A stretch of 64,000 nucleotides of DNA from assembly GCA_963692865.2 (NCBI GenBank), contig OY843592.1, forward strand, positions 3,040,001 to 3,104,000, read 5' to 3'. The translations under genes and the position numbers were made by a program. The notes beneath the pieces are model-generated. The model was given only the letters and a program-made list of their open reading frames with translations. It did no database searches and was not told where the DNA came from. Of this stretch, positions 28,472 to 38,252 are shown piece after piece (position 1 is the first letter of the stretch; each line of letters begins with the position of its first letter). The stretch is from a bacterium (lineage in GTDB: Bacteria > UBA8248).

Positions 28472-28965
28472 TCTCCCTCCGCCGGAAACGTCAACCCCTT
28501 GACGCAGGCGTCGACCGCCGCGCGCAGGGCCAGGGCGTAGCCCGCCAGGCCGAACCCGACCACGCTTCCCGCCGCCACGGGCCCGATCATCGAGCGGTGC
28601 CGGAAACCCTCGCGCTTCAGGACGTTCGAGATGTGCACCTCGTAGACGGGCAGATCCAGGCCGCCTATCGCGTCCCGGAGCGCGACGCTGGTGTGGGTGT
28701 ATCCCCCCGGATTGAAGACGCAGGCGGCGCATACGCCCGCGGGAGCCGCTCTTTTCAAGGGCCGCTTCACGCCCGCCGCGCGCTGTAAGGCGTCGATGAG
28801 TTCTCCCTCGACGTTGGACTGGAAACACTCGAGCTCCACCCCCTCGTCCGCGGCCATACGGACCAGGGCCGCCTCGAGTTCGGCCAGCGTCGTCCTGCCG
28901 TAGACTTCCGGCTCGCGCGTTCCCAGCAGATTGAGGTTCGGGCCGTTCAAAAGCAGTATTCTCAT
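28468..28965 (-). CDS. aroQ: Type II 3-dehydroquinate dehydratase
   Basis: NGPNLNLLGTREPEVYG, NPGGYTHTSVALRDA, EVHISN; ATG at 28965. Confidence 0.95.
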   Translation of the reverse strand: MRILLLNGPNLNLLGTREPEVYGRTTLAELEAALVRMAADEGVELECFQSNVEGELIDALQRAAGVKRPLKRAAPAGVCAACVFNPGGYTHTSVALRDAIGGLDLPVYEVHISNVLKREGFRHRSMIGPVAAGSVVGFGLAGYALALRAAVDACVKGLTFPAEGE

Positions 28966-29014
28966 GTGTCCACCCGAAGAGGGTCTATCGCATCCGCATG
29001 AAAACAGGTAGCGA

Positions 29015-29043
29015 ATGGTAGAAAACACGGGCGGCGGCGTCAA
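29015..29043 (-). promoter_or_regulatory. Putative sigma70 promoter for aroQ-peptidase-efp
   Basis: TTGACG-N17-TACCAT, 50 bp upstream of aroQ. Confidence 0.55.
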
Positions 29044-29069
29044 TGAACGGGAGCCACCGAACTCGTGAT

Positions 29070-30197
29070 TAACGGGCTGGTCGAAAAAGCCCCGCATGCG
29101 ACCCCCGCAAACCGCCGACGCTTCTTCCCTCACCCTGAGTAGCCGCCGGGGGTCAAACGCGACTGAGAAGGAGCGTTTGTATCGAAGGGTGAAATTCGCG
29201 CCCACCGTAGAGGTGCGCCCCGGCGAACCCTCCCTCATCGGAGTTGCTGAAAAAGCCCACAGAAGGAACACAACGAGTTTCACTCCCCCCTTGAGGGGGC
29301 TGTTGAAAAAACCCTGATTTCGCGACTCGGCGAATGCAGCCGACCGGGAAGGGAGGGTTCGACGGTTTTGATCGTCATTCCGGTGTCGGAGCCGACCGCG
29401 GAGGGAGGTCGAACCCGATTGATGAATGAGGGTTCGACGGAATCCAGAGCCGATATGAATTTCGAGCCGCAGGACGACCATGAAAAACAATCATGCGAAA
29501 AGACGAATTCAAAAGCAAAGTCCCTGGATTCCGGCATGCGCCGGAATGACGGCGCGTAATCTCGATTGTAGGGGCCGCATATCATGCGGCCCGTTGCCGG
29601 AGACGCGAAAAAGGCTGGGCCGCATGATATGTCAAACATATATGTCTGACCTACAATGCTATCGCGTTTTGCGTAGCAGGACAGGCACGGAGGCCTGTCC
29701 CTACGGGATCATCACGTCGCCGACCGAGCGCGGAACAGGGTTTTTCAACGGCCCCAAAGGGGGGAGTGAACTTCAAAAGCGTGCGCGCAACTAAAATCGC
29801 TCCCGAGGACTTTTTCAACAATCCCATACACGCAGCCCTTGACGGGCGGCGAAAAGGCTGGGTCGCATGGTATGCGACCCCTACAACAGGAACGGCAATA
29901 ACGTCGGAATGACGAACAAAACCGTTCCACTTCATTTGGACAGATCGCGATCTCGGACGGGCCGGGGGCCTCTACGCTACGGACCCTCCTCCTCGATTGG
30001 TTTCATACACCAAATCTCGAAATCAGGACTATTTCAACAACCCCCCTCAAGGGGGGAGTGAAATTCAAAAGCGTGCGCACAACTCAAAATTGCTTCCCGG
30101 GACTTTTCAACAGGCCCTCATCGGTCGGGTTCGTGCCTTCGATACGCGGCTTCGCCGCTACTCAGGATGAGACAGAGAGGGCTTTTTCCACAACCCC
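29070..30197. repeat. 1.1-kb nested REP/MITE cluster
   Basis: Three left-end motifs (about 29075, 29241, 29296) followed by five right-end motifs (about 29740, 29808, 30027, 30101, 30181), enclosing several hairpin families. Confidence 0.85.
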
Positions 30198-31280
30198 TCA
30201 ACCGGCCAGCGCGCCGCGCCACAAGCGGGGCGGAACCTCTGCGCCCGGCTCCACCTCGCCGATCCTGCGCATCAGAACGAACCGGGGGCTGCCCCGCCGG
30301 GTTTTCTTGTCGCCGGCGAGGAGTCTCTTCAGTACCGCGAGTTTCGGCGGCTCCTCCATATTCGTGGGCAGGCCGAAACGACCGAGCAGGGCGGTCAGCC
30401 GCTCCACGTCGCCGGGCGCGCAGCGCCCCAGTTCGCAGGATATGCGGCTCGCGGCGCACATGCCGATGGCGACCGCCTCTCCGTGAAGCAGTTCGGAGGA
30501 ATAGCCCGCCAGCGCCTCCACCGCATGCCCGAGCGTATGGCCGTAGTTGAGTATCTGCCTGAGACCCGACTCGCGCTCGTCCTGCTCGACGACCCGCGCC
30601 TTGATCCGGCAGTTCGTGGCGACGACCCGCTCCATCACAGCCTCGTCGCGAGCGAGAACCAACGCCTCGTTCTTCTCAAGGTAAGCGAAAAGGCGGGCGT
30701 CGGCGATGGCCGCGTGCTTCACCACCTCGGCCAGCCCCGCCCTGAACTCCCGCTCGGGCAGCGTCTCGAGAGACGACGTGTCGCTCACCACGGCCGCCGG
30801 CTGATGAAACGCGCCCACGAGGTTTTTCCCCAGCTTGTGGTCGACCGCCGTCTTGCCGCCCACCGCGCTGTCCACCTGGGCGAGGAGCGTCGTCGGCGCC
30901 TGAACGTAGGGAATCCCCCGCAGGAAGACGGCCGCCGCGAATCCGGCGACGTCGCCAACGACGCCGCCGCCCAGGGCCACGGCGCCGCAGCCCCTGTCCA
31001 GCCGCATGGAGGCCATCTTGTCCAGGATTCCCGACAGCCGGCGCATCGACTTGCTCGCCTCGCCCGCCGGAATCCTGAGGAGCGCCGCCTGAACGCCGGC
31101 CGCGTCTAGCGAAGCAAGCGTCTTCTCGGCGTAGAGAGGCGCCACGTTCGCGTCCGTAACGACGAGCGCCCGCCCGCCCCTGAAACGGCGCAGGCATACC
31201 CTTCCGATTTCCCCGAGCTCTCCTGCGCCGATGCGAATCGTGTAGGAGCGCTCCCCCAGGCGAACCCGGACGTTCCTCAT
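30198..31280 (-). CDS. aroB: 3-dehydroquinate synthase
   Basis: GGGVVGDVAGF, PTTLLAQVDSAVGGKT, KNLVGAFHQP, LNYGHTLGHAVE, HGEAVAIG; ATG at 31280. Confidence 0.96.
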   Translation of the reverse strand: MRNVRVRLGERSYTIRIGAGELGEIGRVCLRRFRGGRALVVTDANVAPLYAEKTLASLDAAGVQAALLRIPAGEASKSMRRLSGILDKMASMRLDRGCGAVALGGGVVGDVAGFAAAVFLRGIPYVQAPTTLLAQVDSAVGGKTAVDHKLGKNLVGAFHQPAAVVSDTSSLETLPEREFRAGLAEVVKHAAIADARLFAYLEKNEALVLARDEAVMERVVATNCRIKARVVEQDERESGLRQILNYGHTLGHAVEALAGYSSELLHGEAVAIGMCAASRISCELGRCAPGDVERLTALLGRFGLPTNMEEPPKLAVLKRLLAGDKKTRRGSPRFVLMRRIGEVEPGAEVPPRLWRGALAG

Positions 31281-32323
31281 ACGGCCTCCAGGGCGCGGTA
31301 CGCCAGCCCCGCGCCGACGGCGGCGGCGGGCGCGAGTGATGCCGCGAGAGCCGAGTCGATCCCCTCGCCCGGCGCTTCGACGCGGCGGAAGGGATCCAGA
31401 ATTTCCACGGGCGCATCGAGCGCCTCCTCCAGACGCTCCGGCAGGCTCTTGAGCTGCGCGCCTCCGCCGGAGAGAATCACCCGCTCGACCTCGGAAGCGG
31501 GCGTTATCCGCCACATCAGCCGGAACGTCTCATCGAGTTCGGCGGCCAGCTTCTCCGCCTCCAGGCGGAAGGCGTCCTCCAGCGCGTCCGGGTCGGCGGC
31601 GGGCGCCTCCCCCCGCTTGACGGCCTCCGCTTCTTCACGGGAAATCGCCAGGCGGTCCGACAGCGACCTCGTCAACGCCTCCCCGCCGAAAGGGATTGCC
31701 CTGGTGATCAGCGTGTGCTCGTCGCACACCACGTTCACCAGCGTCTCGGCCGCGCCGACGTCCACCAGGGCGGCGACCTCCCCCTCCTCGCGCGCTCCCG
31801 AGAGTTCGAAGGCGCTCTCCATCGCCAGGAAGTTCACGTCCACGATCACCGGCTCGCAGCGAACGCGCTTCAGGAAGGCCAGCAGCGCCTCGAGCGGCTC
31901 GCGCCTCACGGCGATCATCAGATACTCGTCCAGCCGCTCGGTTCGTTTTTCCAGTTGGCCGATTTTGATATGAGACAGGCGCGCCTCGTCCAGGGGAAAG
32001 GGCAGCACCTGCATCGCCTCGGCTTCTAAGGCGTCGACGACGGGGAAATCCTCCTCGGCGGGCAGCAGCACCGTCCGCACCACCGCCGCCCCGCCCGAGA
32101 GCGCCACGACCACCCTTCTCTCCGCCTCGCCGGGGAGCAACTCCGCCAACGCTTGTTCGACCTCCTCGGGGTCGTGCACGAAGCCGCGCCGCGCCGCGCC
32201 CGGCGCCAGGGAGACCGCCCCCAGGCGCGAGAGGACGAGGCGCTCGTCCTTCTTTTCGAGTTTCACCGCCTTGACGGCGGAACTCCCGATGTCGATGGCC
32301 AAAGGCGCGGAATCGTCAGACAC
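31277..32323 (-). CDS. pilM: Type IV pilus assembly protein PilM-like (actin-like ATPase fold)
   Basis: IDIGSSAVKAV, LPFPLDEA, LVDVGA, FGGEALT, LSGGGA, AVGAGLAYR. Confidence 0.8.
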   Translation of the reverse strand: MSDDSAPLAIDIGSSAVKAVKLEKKDERLVLSRLGAVSLAPGAARRGFVHDPEEVEQALAELLPGEAERRVVVALSGGAAVVRTVLLPAEEDFPVVDALEAEAMQVLPFPLDEARLSHIKIGQLEKRTERLDEYLMIAVRREPLEALLAFLKRVRCEPVIVDVNFLAMESAFELSGAREEGEVAALVDVGAAETLVNVVCDEHTLITRAIPFGGEALTRSLSDRLAISREEAEAVKRGEAPAADPDALEDAFRLEAEKLAAELDETFRLMWRITPASEVERVILSGGGAQLKSLPERLEEALDAPVEILDPFRRVEAPGEGIDSALAASLAPAAAVGAGLAYRALEAV

Positions 32324-32349
32324 GATGGTTCTCTACCAGCAGAAGAAAA

Positions 32350-33285
32350 TCAAAAAAGACGAACGGGCGTCAGGGTGAACGTGCAAACCAGGAGCATCAT
32401 ACACGCAAATCCCCAAAAACGCCTCTTGCGCGTCAGCGGCTCCCATTCGTCGATGAGCGGCGGATGCCGCCTGCCCAGCGCGAGCACCATCACGCTCCAG
32501 AAAATCCAGCCCGGCCACCAGTATCCCATCACCAGAAGAGCAAGGCCGATGGCGACGGATATCCTCGCGTGCCACCTGCCCAGAAGCGTGTAGACGACGT
32601 GCCCGCCGTCGAGCTGTCCGGCGGGGATGAGGTTCAGCGACGTAACCAGCAATCCGCACCAGCCCGCAAAGGCCACCGGGTGGAGGAGGATGGTCTGCCC
32701 CTCGGGGACCGGGCCGTGCGCCAGCCACGCGAGGCCGTCGAACAGAAGGGGCGTCCCCAGCCCGATGCCGGGCGAGGCGCCGCCGGGCGCCAGCCGCGAC
32801 ATCATGAGGCCTGCGAACAGGGCCGGAACCGCCGCGGCCAGGCCGGCCAGCGGCCCCGCCACGGCCACGTCCATCAGCGCGTTCCGGTTCGCAATGCCGC
32901 CGCGTATGCGGATGACCGCGCCGAACGTCCCCAGCAGGGAGGGCGCGGGCAGGAAATAGGGCAACGATGCGTCCACGCCCCACCTGCGGCTCGCGGCGTA
33001 GTGGCCCATCTCGTGCGCGCCGAGGATCAGGAGCAGCGTCAGCGAATAGGGGAGTCCGGCCAGAAGGGCCGACGGCCCGGCGAAGACGGCCTCGGGCGCG
33101 ACGCCGCGCTGGAGCGCGCCCGCAAACAGGGTGGAGAGCAGCGTCAGGACGAACATCAAAGCGGGGACGCCAAAGTCTTTCCAGGCGCTGCTCCGCTTCC
33201 CGGCCCTGACTTCGAACGGCTCGGCGGAGATTTCTTCTCGCGGCGGGAGCCTAAATTCTTCCGGGCGGAAATCGCGAGCGGCCAC
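32350..33285 (-). CDS. Site-2 protease (M50 family); start uncertain
   Basis: HEMGH, AGPLAG, LNLIPAGQLDGGH; GTG at 33285 follows GGAGG. Confidence 0.88.
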   Translation of the reverse strand: MAARDFRPEEFRLPPREEISAEPFEVRAGKRSSAWKDFGVPALMFVLTLLSTLFAGALQRGVAPEAVFAGPSALLAGLPYSLTLLLILGAHEMGHYAASRRWGVDASLPYFLPAPSLLGTFGAVIRIRGGIANRNALMDVAVAGPLAGLAAAVPALFAGLMMSRLAPGGASPGIGLGTPLLFDGLAWLAHGPVPEGQTILLHPVAFAGWCGLLVTSLNLIPAGQLDGGHVVYTLLGRWHARISVAIGLALLVMGYWWPGWIFWSVMVLALGRRHPPLIDEWEPLTRKRRFWGFACMMLLVCTFTLTPVRLF

Positions 33286-33449
33286 CTGCTCGTCCCCTCC
33301 CCGTTCCTGGCGGGGGGCCGCATGAGGGGAGCGGCCGCCCGGCCCGAGGCCTCCTGTTCGTCCGTTCAATGGCTGCACCCAAGGCAGGCGAAGAGATAAG
33401 AAATCGCGCGTCGCGGGGATTCTAACCCGACCCGCGCGGTTCACGCACC

Positions 33450-33478
33450 TTGACACCTCGCGCCTCAATTCCTACCCT
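33450..33478 (+). promoter_or_regulatory. Putative sigma70 promoter
   Basis: TTGACA-N17-TACCCT. Confidence 0.5.
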
Positions 33479-33510
33479 CGCGTGTGCGCCGCTCCGCCCG
33501 TGAGAAAGAA

Positions 33511-35565
33511 ATGCCCGACTCCGCAGCGAAATTCATACTCATCGCCGCTCTGGCCGCGTCCCTCCTCACCGGATGCGGCGCGGACCCCGCACCGGACACG
33601 CCGGCCAAGGGAGCCGCCCGTTCGCCCGTCCAAAAGACGAGGCCCGCTCCCGAGGCGAAGGCCGAAGCCCTTCCGACGCCCGGGAAGAGCGCGCCCCCGC
33701 CCCGCGCGCTGAAGCCACTCGCCCCGGATTCCAAAAGCTGGTCCGCCCCCGCCCCCTCGCCGCCCGAAGCGCCGCTCGCCGCATTGAAAGCGAAGTGGAC
33801 AGAGAATCCGACCGCCCGAGACGCCGACAAGACGCTGCTCGACATCGCCAGACACGAACTCGCGCGCGGAGATCTGAAGGCGGCGGTGAGGGGCCTGAAA
33901 CGGCTCCAGGAGAAATTCCCCCTCTCGCCTCTTTATTCCGAAAGCGCGTTTTATCTCGGTCTGGTGCTCCAGGCCGCAGGCCGGAATGACGAGGCGTGGA
34001 TTTCTCTCAGAAGCGCTTTAAGCGGAGAAACAAACCCCGAAAGGCGCGCGATGCTCGAAGCCTCCCTCGGAGCGGTGTATGAAAGGCGCGGCGAGCCCCT
34101 CTCCGCCCTGCTCTCCTACGCGCGCGCCATGAGGAGCGACGCGCAAATTTTCGGAAAAGACATCCTCATCGGGCGGGTCGAGGCGCTGGCGAAAGAAATC
34201 GCGCTCCACCGGCTTCACGCGGCGGCCGAGCGTTTCGCGGGTTCGCCCGCGGGCCCGCTCCTGCGGACAGCCCTGGCGGAGCGGGAGGAAGAGGAGCGCC
34301 GCCGCGAGAAGGCGCGCGATGCCCCGCCCGAGCACGCGAAAGCGCCCTCCCAAAGCCCGGCGGAAAAACCGAGTGCGGCCGCGGGTTCCGCGCGCGTGGG
34401 GATCATGCTCCCGCTCTCGGGGCCCGCCGGCGGCGCGGGCGGGCGCGTCTACGACGGCATCCGTCTGGCGCTTCGCCACAGCCTGGCGAAATATCCCGAT
34501 CTCCGCCTTCAACTCGCGATCCGCGACACGAAGAGCACGGCGCTGTCCGGGGGCGACGCGGCGGAGGTCGCCGCTGAACTGATCGAGCGGGAAAAGGCCG
34601 TCGCCCTCATCGGCCCGCTCCTCACCGAGGCGGCCGATGCCGCCGCCGAAGCCGCGAACCGCCTGAAAACCCCCATGCTCACGCCGTTCGCGCTCCGGAT
34701 GCGCATGAACCCCGATTTCCCCTGGGTGTTCCGCAACTCGCTCCCGAACCGACTCCAGGCCCGGGGCGCAGCCGCCTACGCCGTCCGGCATCTCGGGCTG
34801 CGGCGCTTCGCCGTCCTGCACCCGGAGAACCGCGACGGAAGGGAGCTGACCCACGCCTTCGCCCAGGCGGTGGAGGAGATGGGCGGCGAGGTCGCCCGAA
34901 TCGTCTCGTTCCCCGAAAACACCACCGACTTCCGGGCGCAGATGCGCGCCCTCGGCGGCATGGACGATCGCCAGTTGGGCAGGGCGAGGCGCTCGCAGGG
35001 GCTCGGAAAACCGGCTCCCTACCGGCTCGGCCTCGACTTCGAGGCCCTCTTCGTTCCCGTCCGGCACGAGAAGGCGGTGCTCATCGCGCCGCAGATCCTC
35101 TTCTACAACATGCGCGGGATAAGGCTCCTGGGCGGCGCCGGATGGAACGACCCCCGCCTGCTCGAACACGGGGAGCGCTACGTGGAGGGCGCGGTCTTCG
35201 TCGACGGGTTTTTCTCGGGATCGACGGAGCCCGGGGCCGCGCGTTTCGTCGGCGAGTTCAAGAGCGCCTTCGGGAAAGCGCCGGACGTCTTCTCGGCCCT
35301 TGGCTACGACGCCGCGCGAATCGTCTTCGAGGCGCTCGCCCGAGGCGCGAAGACGCGCGAGGACGTGAGGCGGCATCTCGCGTCCCTCCGGGGCTTCGAG
35401 GGCGTCGCGGGGCTGACGGACATGGGCGCGGACAACGACGCGCGCCGCCAGTTGTTCGTCCTCTCGGTTCAGGGGGGAAAAATCCGGTATCTCCAGATGG
35501 TCGCGCCGGGCGGGGCGTTCGAGGGCGCGCCGCTCTCCCCGGTTCCGACCCCCGCGACGCAATGA
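33511..35565 (+). CDS. LpoA/LppC-like lipoprotein (TPR plus periplasmic-binding-protein fold)
   Basis: Lipobox LTGC; TPR region; VGIMLPLSG, ALIGPLL, ALGYDAA, FEGVAG. Confidence 0.75.
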   Translation: MPDSAAKFILIAALAASLLTGCGADPAPDTPAKGAARSPVQKTRPAPEAKAEALPTPGKSAPPPRALKPLAPDSKSWSAPAPSPPEAPLAALKAKWTENPTARDADKTLLDIARHELARGDLKAAVRGLKRLQEKFPLSPLYSESAFYLGLVLQAAGRNDEAWISLRSALSGETNPERRAMLEASLGAVYERRGEPLSALLSYARAMRSDAQIFGKDILIGRVEALAKEIALHRLHAAAERFAGSPAGPLLRTALAEREEEERRREKARDAPPEHAKAPSQSPAEKPSAAAGSARVGIMLPLSGPAGGAGGRVYDGIRLALRHSLAKYPDLRLQLAIRDTKSTALSGGDAAEVAAELIEREKAVALIGPLLTEAADAAAEAANRLKTPMLTPFALRMRMNPDFPWVFRNSLPNRLQARGAAAYAVRHLGLRRFAVLHPENRDGRELTHAFAQAVEEMGGEVARIVSFPENTTDFRAQMRALGGMDDRQLGRARRSQGLGKPAPYRLGLDFEALFVPVRHEKAVLIAPQILFYNMRGIRLLGGAGWNDPRLLEHGERYVEGAVFVDGFFSGSTEPGAARFVGEFKSAFGKAPDVFSALGYDAARIVFEALARGAKTREDVRRHLASLRGFEGVAGLTDMGADNDARRQLFVLSVQGGKIRYLQMVAPGGAFEGAPLSPVPTPATQ

Positions 35566-35584
35566 GGGGCGCGGATGCCCGAGC

Positions 35585-36355
35585 ACCCGTCGATACGTCC
35601 TTCGACAAGCTCAGGACTACTCAGGGTGAGGTCGGTATGGCGGCCTGCTTAGGTCGATAGAAAACAATCCCCTCATCCCGAGTAGCCTCCGAAGGGGGCG
35701 TATCGAGGGATACCCGACCCTTCAAGGGCCATTGAAAAACCCCTTTTTGCTCGGAATTCACCCCCCACCTACGCGGCGGCAGGCTTCACGGAACCGTTGA
35801 CACCCTCATCCTGAATAGGCGCGTAAGCGCCGTATCGAAGGATGGGGTCGCATCTCTCCGGCTGGTGCGAACTTCGCCCTTCGATACGCGGCTTCGCCGC
35901 TATTCAGGGTGAGGAGAAGGGGATTTGACGGCCTCGGGACTACTCAGGGTGAGGAAAACAAAAACCACCCTCATCGCGAGTGGGCCCGGCAACTCGCAAC
36001 AATTCCCTCATCCCGAGTAAGCCCGCAAGGGCCGTATCGAGAGCCCGCCCTGAGCCTGGCGAAGGGGACGCCGGAAAACAGCCTCCTGCCTGAAAACCAA
36101 CCCCCCCTTGCCCCCTTGCCGGGGGGGCTGCCTTGACAAAGGCTTTTTCAACGCCCCCCTTTAGGGGGTTGTTGAAGAAATCCTGATTTCGTGATTCGGC
36201 GAATGAAACCAACCGTGGAGGAAGATTCGTAGGGACAGGCCCCTGCGCCTGTCCAAGGTTGCTGCGAGGCGGTACGGTTTTGTTCGTCATTCCGGTGAAA
36301 GCCGGAATGACGGCGGTGGTCAATTCCGAGCGAGGTGGGCTTTTTCAGCAACTCC
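35585..36355. repeat. REP/MITE cluster between convergent genes
   Basis: Multiple CCTCATCC(C/T)GA...CGTATCGA and CTTCGATACGCGGCTTCGCCGCTA...CAGGGTGAGG units, CTTCGACAAGCTCAGG, and IS-like end motifs. Confidence 0.85.
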
Positions 36356-36373
36356 TTCAGGCCGCGTTTTCTC

Positions 36374-37147
36374 TCAGATCTGAATCGCGCCGCAGGAGAT
36401 GGTGTAGGCCTGTCCGGTGATGCCGGCCGCCTCCTCGCTCGCGAGGTAGAGCGCCATCGCGGCGACCTCCCCGGGCGCCAGGAATCGCCCCATCGGAACC
36501 TCGTCCTTGTAGCGATTCATCATCGCCTCGCTCTCTTCCGCATCGCGGGCGAGGCCTTCCCGGAAGGCGGCGACCATGCCCGTCTCCACGAAGCCGGGGC
36601 AGATCGCGTTCACGGTGACGCCCGCCGCCGCCGCTTCGAGCGCGACCGAGCGCACGAGGCCCAGCACGCCGTGCTTCGCCGCGTGGTAGGCGCTGCGGTT
36701 CGGCCCGCCGATCTTGCCCGACACCGAACTGATCGCGATGAGGCGGCCCCAGCCGCGCTCGCTCATTCCGCCGATAGCGGCGCGAAAGGCGTAGAACGCG
36801 CCGTTCAGGTTCACGCGGATCATCTCGTCCCAAAGGGCGTTCGTGGTCTCATGGAGAGACGCATGGCTGAGCGCGCCCGCGTTGGCGACCAGAACGTCCA
36901 CGCCGCCGAACTCCCGCTCCGCGCGTCGGACCGCCTCTTCCACGTTTTTGGAGTCGCCCACGTCGCAGGGAACCGCCAGGGAGCGCCCGCCCTTCTCCCT
37001 AATCTCCTCGGCGACCGCGTCGATCTCGGAACTCGTTCTCGCGGCGACGGCCACGTCCGCGCCCGCATCTGCGAACTTGAGCGCGATGGCGCGCCCGATG
37101 CCCCGCCCGCCGCCGGTGATGAAGGCGCGCCTGCCCTCAAGCCGCAT
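36374..37147 (-). CDS. SDR family oxidoreductase
   Basis: TGGGRGIG, ANAG, YHAAKHG, VNAICPG. Confidence 0.92.
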   Translation of the reverse strand: MRLEGRRAFITGGGRGIGRAIALKFADAGADVAVAARTSSEIDAVAEEIREKGGRSLAVPCDVGDSKNVEEAVRRAEREFGGVDVLVANAGALSHASLHETTNALWDEMIRVNLNGAFYAFRAAIGGMSERGWGRLIAISSVSGKIGGPNRSAYHAAKHGVLGLVRSVALEAAAAGVTVNAICPGFVETGMVAAFREGLARDAEESEAMMNRYKDEVPMGRFLAPGEVAAMALYLASEEAAGITGQAYTISCGAIQI

Positions 37148-38231
37148 GGGCGCGCTCCCCCGTCCTCATCATGCGGGAGCGTAAGGCCAGATTATCGAAG
37201 AAAATCTCCACCTCGCGGAGGACGGCGTCCATATCCTCCATACGGTTCACCTTCTCACGCATCGCCGAACCACCGCGCAAGCCCTTCGTGTAAGCGGGCA
37301 GATGCTTCCGGGAGTGGAAGGCGGCGAGGCGATCGCCCAGAACCTCCCGCAGGAGCCCCAGGTGGCGAAGCGCCATGTTCTTTTTCTCGATAAGACCGGG
37401 CGGCGGGGGCAACTCTCCCGTCTTGAGCCAGTGGAGCAGGCGCGAGAAAATCCACGGATTGCCGACCGCGCCCCGCCCGATCATCAGGGCGTCCACGCCG
37501 GTGCGGCGAATCATGGCGATGGCGTCTCCCGGACTCAGGATGCTGCCGTTTCCCAGAACGGGAACCTTGACCGCGCGCTTCACACGCGCGATGGCGTCCA
37601 GATCCACCGCGCCGCTGAACATGGCCTGCCGGGTCCTGCCGTGCACGGTGATGGCCCTGGCGCCCGCATCCTCCACCGCTTTGGCGAAAACCTCCGCAGA
37701 GCTTCGCTCGACCGTGTCCCAGCCGGTGCGCATCTTGACCGTCACGGGGATTCGCACGGCGCGAACCATGGCCGAGACGATTTCATACGCCCGTTCGGGA
37801 TATCTGAGCAGCGAGGAGCCCGCCTGGTTTTTCGTTATCTTCTTGACGGGGCATCCGCAGTTCAGATCCACGATGTCCGCGCCCGCCTCTTCCACCATCG
37901 CCGCCGCCTCGCCCATCTGGGCCGGATCCGCGCCGAAAAGCTGGATGGAGACCGGCTTCTCCGCCGCGTCGTTCCGCATCAGGTCGTACGTCTTCTGGTG
38001 CCGCCGCACGAGCGCCTGGCTGCTCACCATCTCGGTGGCCACCATGCCTGCGCCGTGCGCCTTGACCAGGGAGCGAAAGGGCAGGTTCGTATAGCCCGCC
38101 ATGGGCGCCATGACGAGGCGGCTCTCGATCCGAACCCCGCCGATCTCGAGGGGCGAATCGAAACCCGCAGGCGGCGGAACGGCCTCAAGCGGCTCTTCGC
38201 ATACGCACGGGCCCGCTTCTTCAGGGCGCAT
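37137..38231 (-). CDS. dusB: tRNA-dihydrouridine synthase B
   Basis: APMAG, DLNCGCP, VTVKMRTGW, VHGRTR, MIGRGAVGNPWIF. Confidence 0.92.
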   Translation of the reverse strand: MRPEEAGPCVCEEPLEAVPPPAGFDSPLEIGGVRIESRLVMAPMAGYTNLPFRSLVKAHGAGMVATEMVSSQALVRRHQKTYDLMRNDAAEKPVSIQLFGADPAQMGEAAAMVEEAGADIVDLNCGCPVKKITKNQAGSSLLRYPERAYEIVSAMVRAVRIPVTVKMRTGWDTVERSSAEVFAKAVEDAGARAITVHGRTRQAMFSGAVDLDAIARVKRAVKVPVLGNGSILSPGDAIAMIRRTGVDALMIGRGAVGNPWIFSRLLHWLKTGELPPPPGLIEKKNMALRHLGLLREVLGDRLAAFHSRKHLPAYTKGLRGGSAMREKVNRMEDMDAVLREVEIFFDNLALRSRMMRTGERAHAA

Positions 38232-38252
38232 CAGCCTCTCCTCCGTTAAACG

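Noticed and set aside
28740-28785. Short insertion in AroQ (and small ones in ManC and TsaD) as repeat-derived coding insertions
   Set aside because: No convincing match to the local repeat families; ordinary loop variation is sufficient.
29070-30197. Integron cassette array or autonomous IS
   Set aside because: No integrase or transposase ORF, and no gene cassettes between the hairpins.
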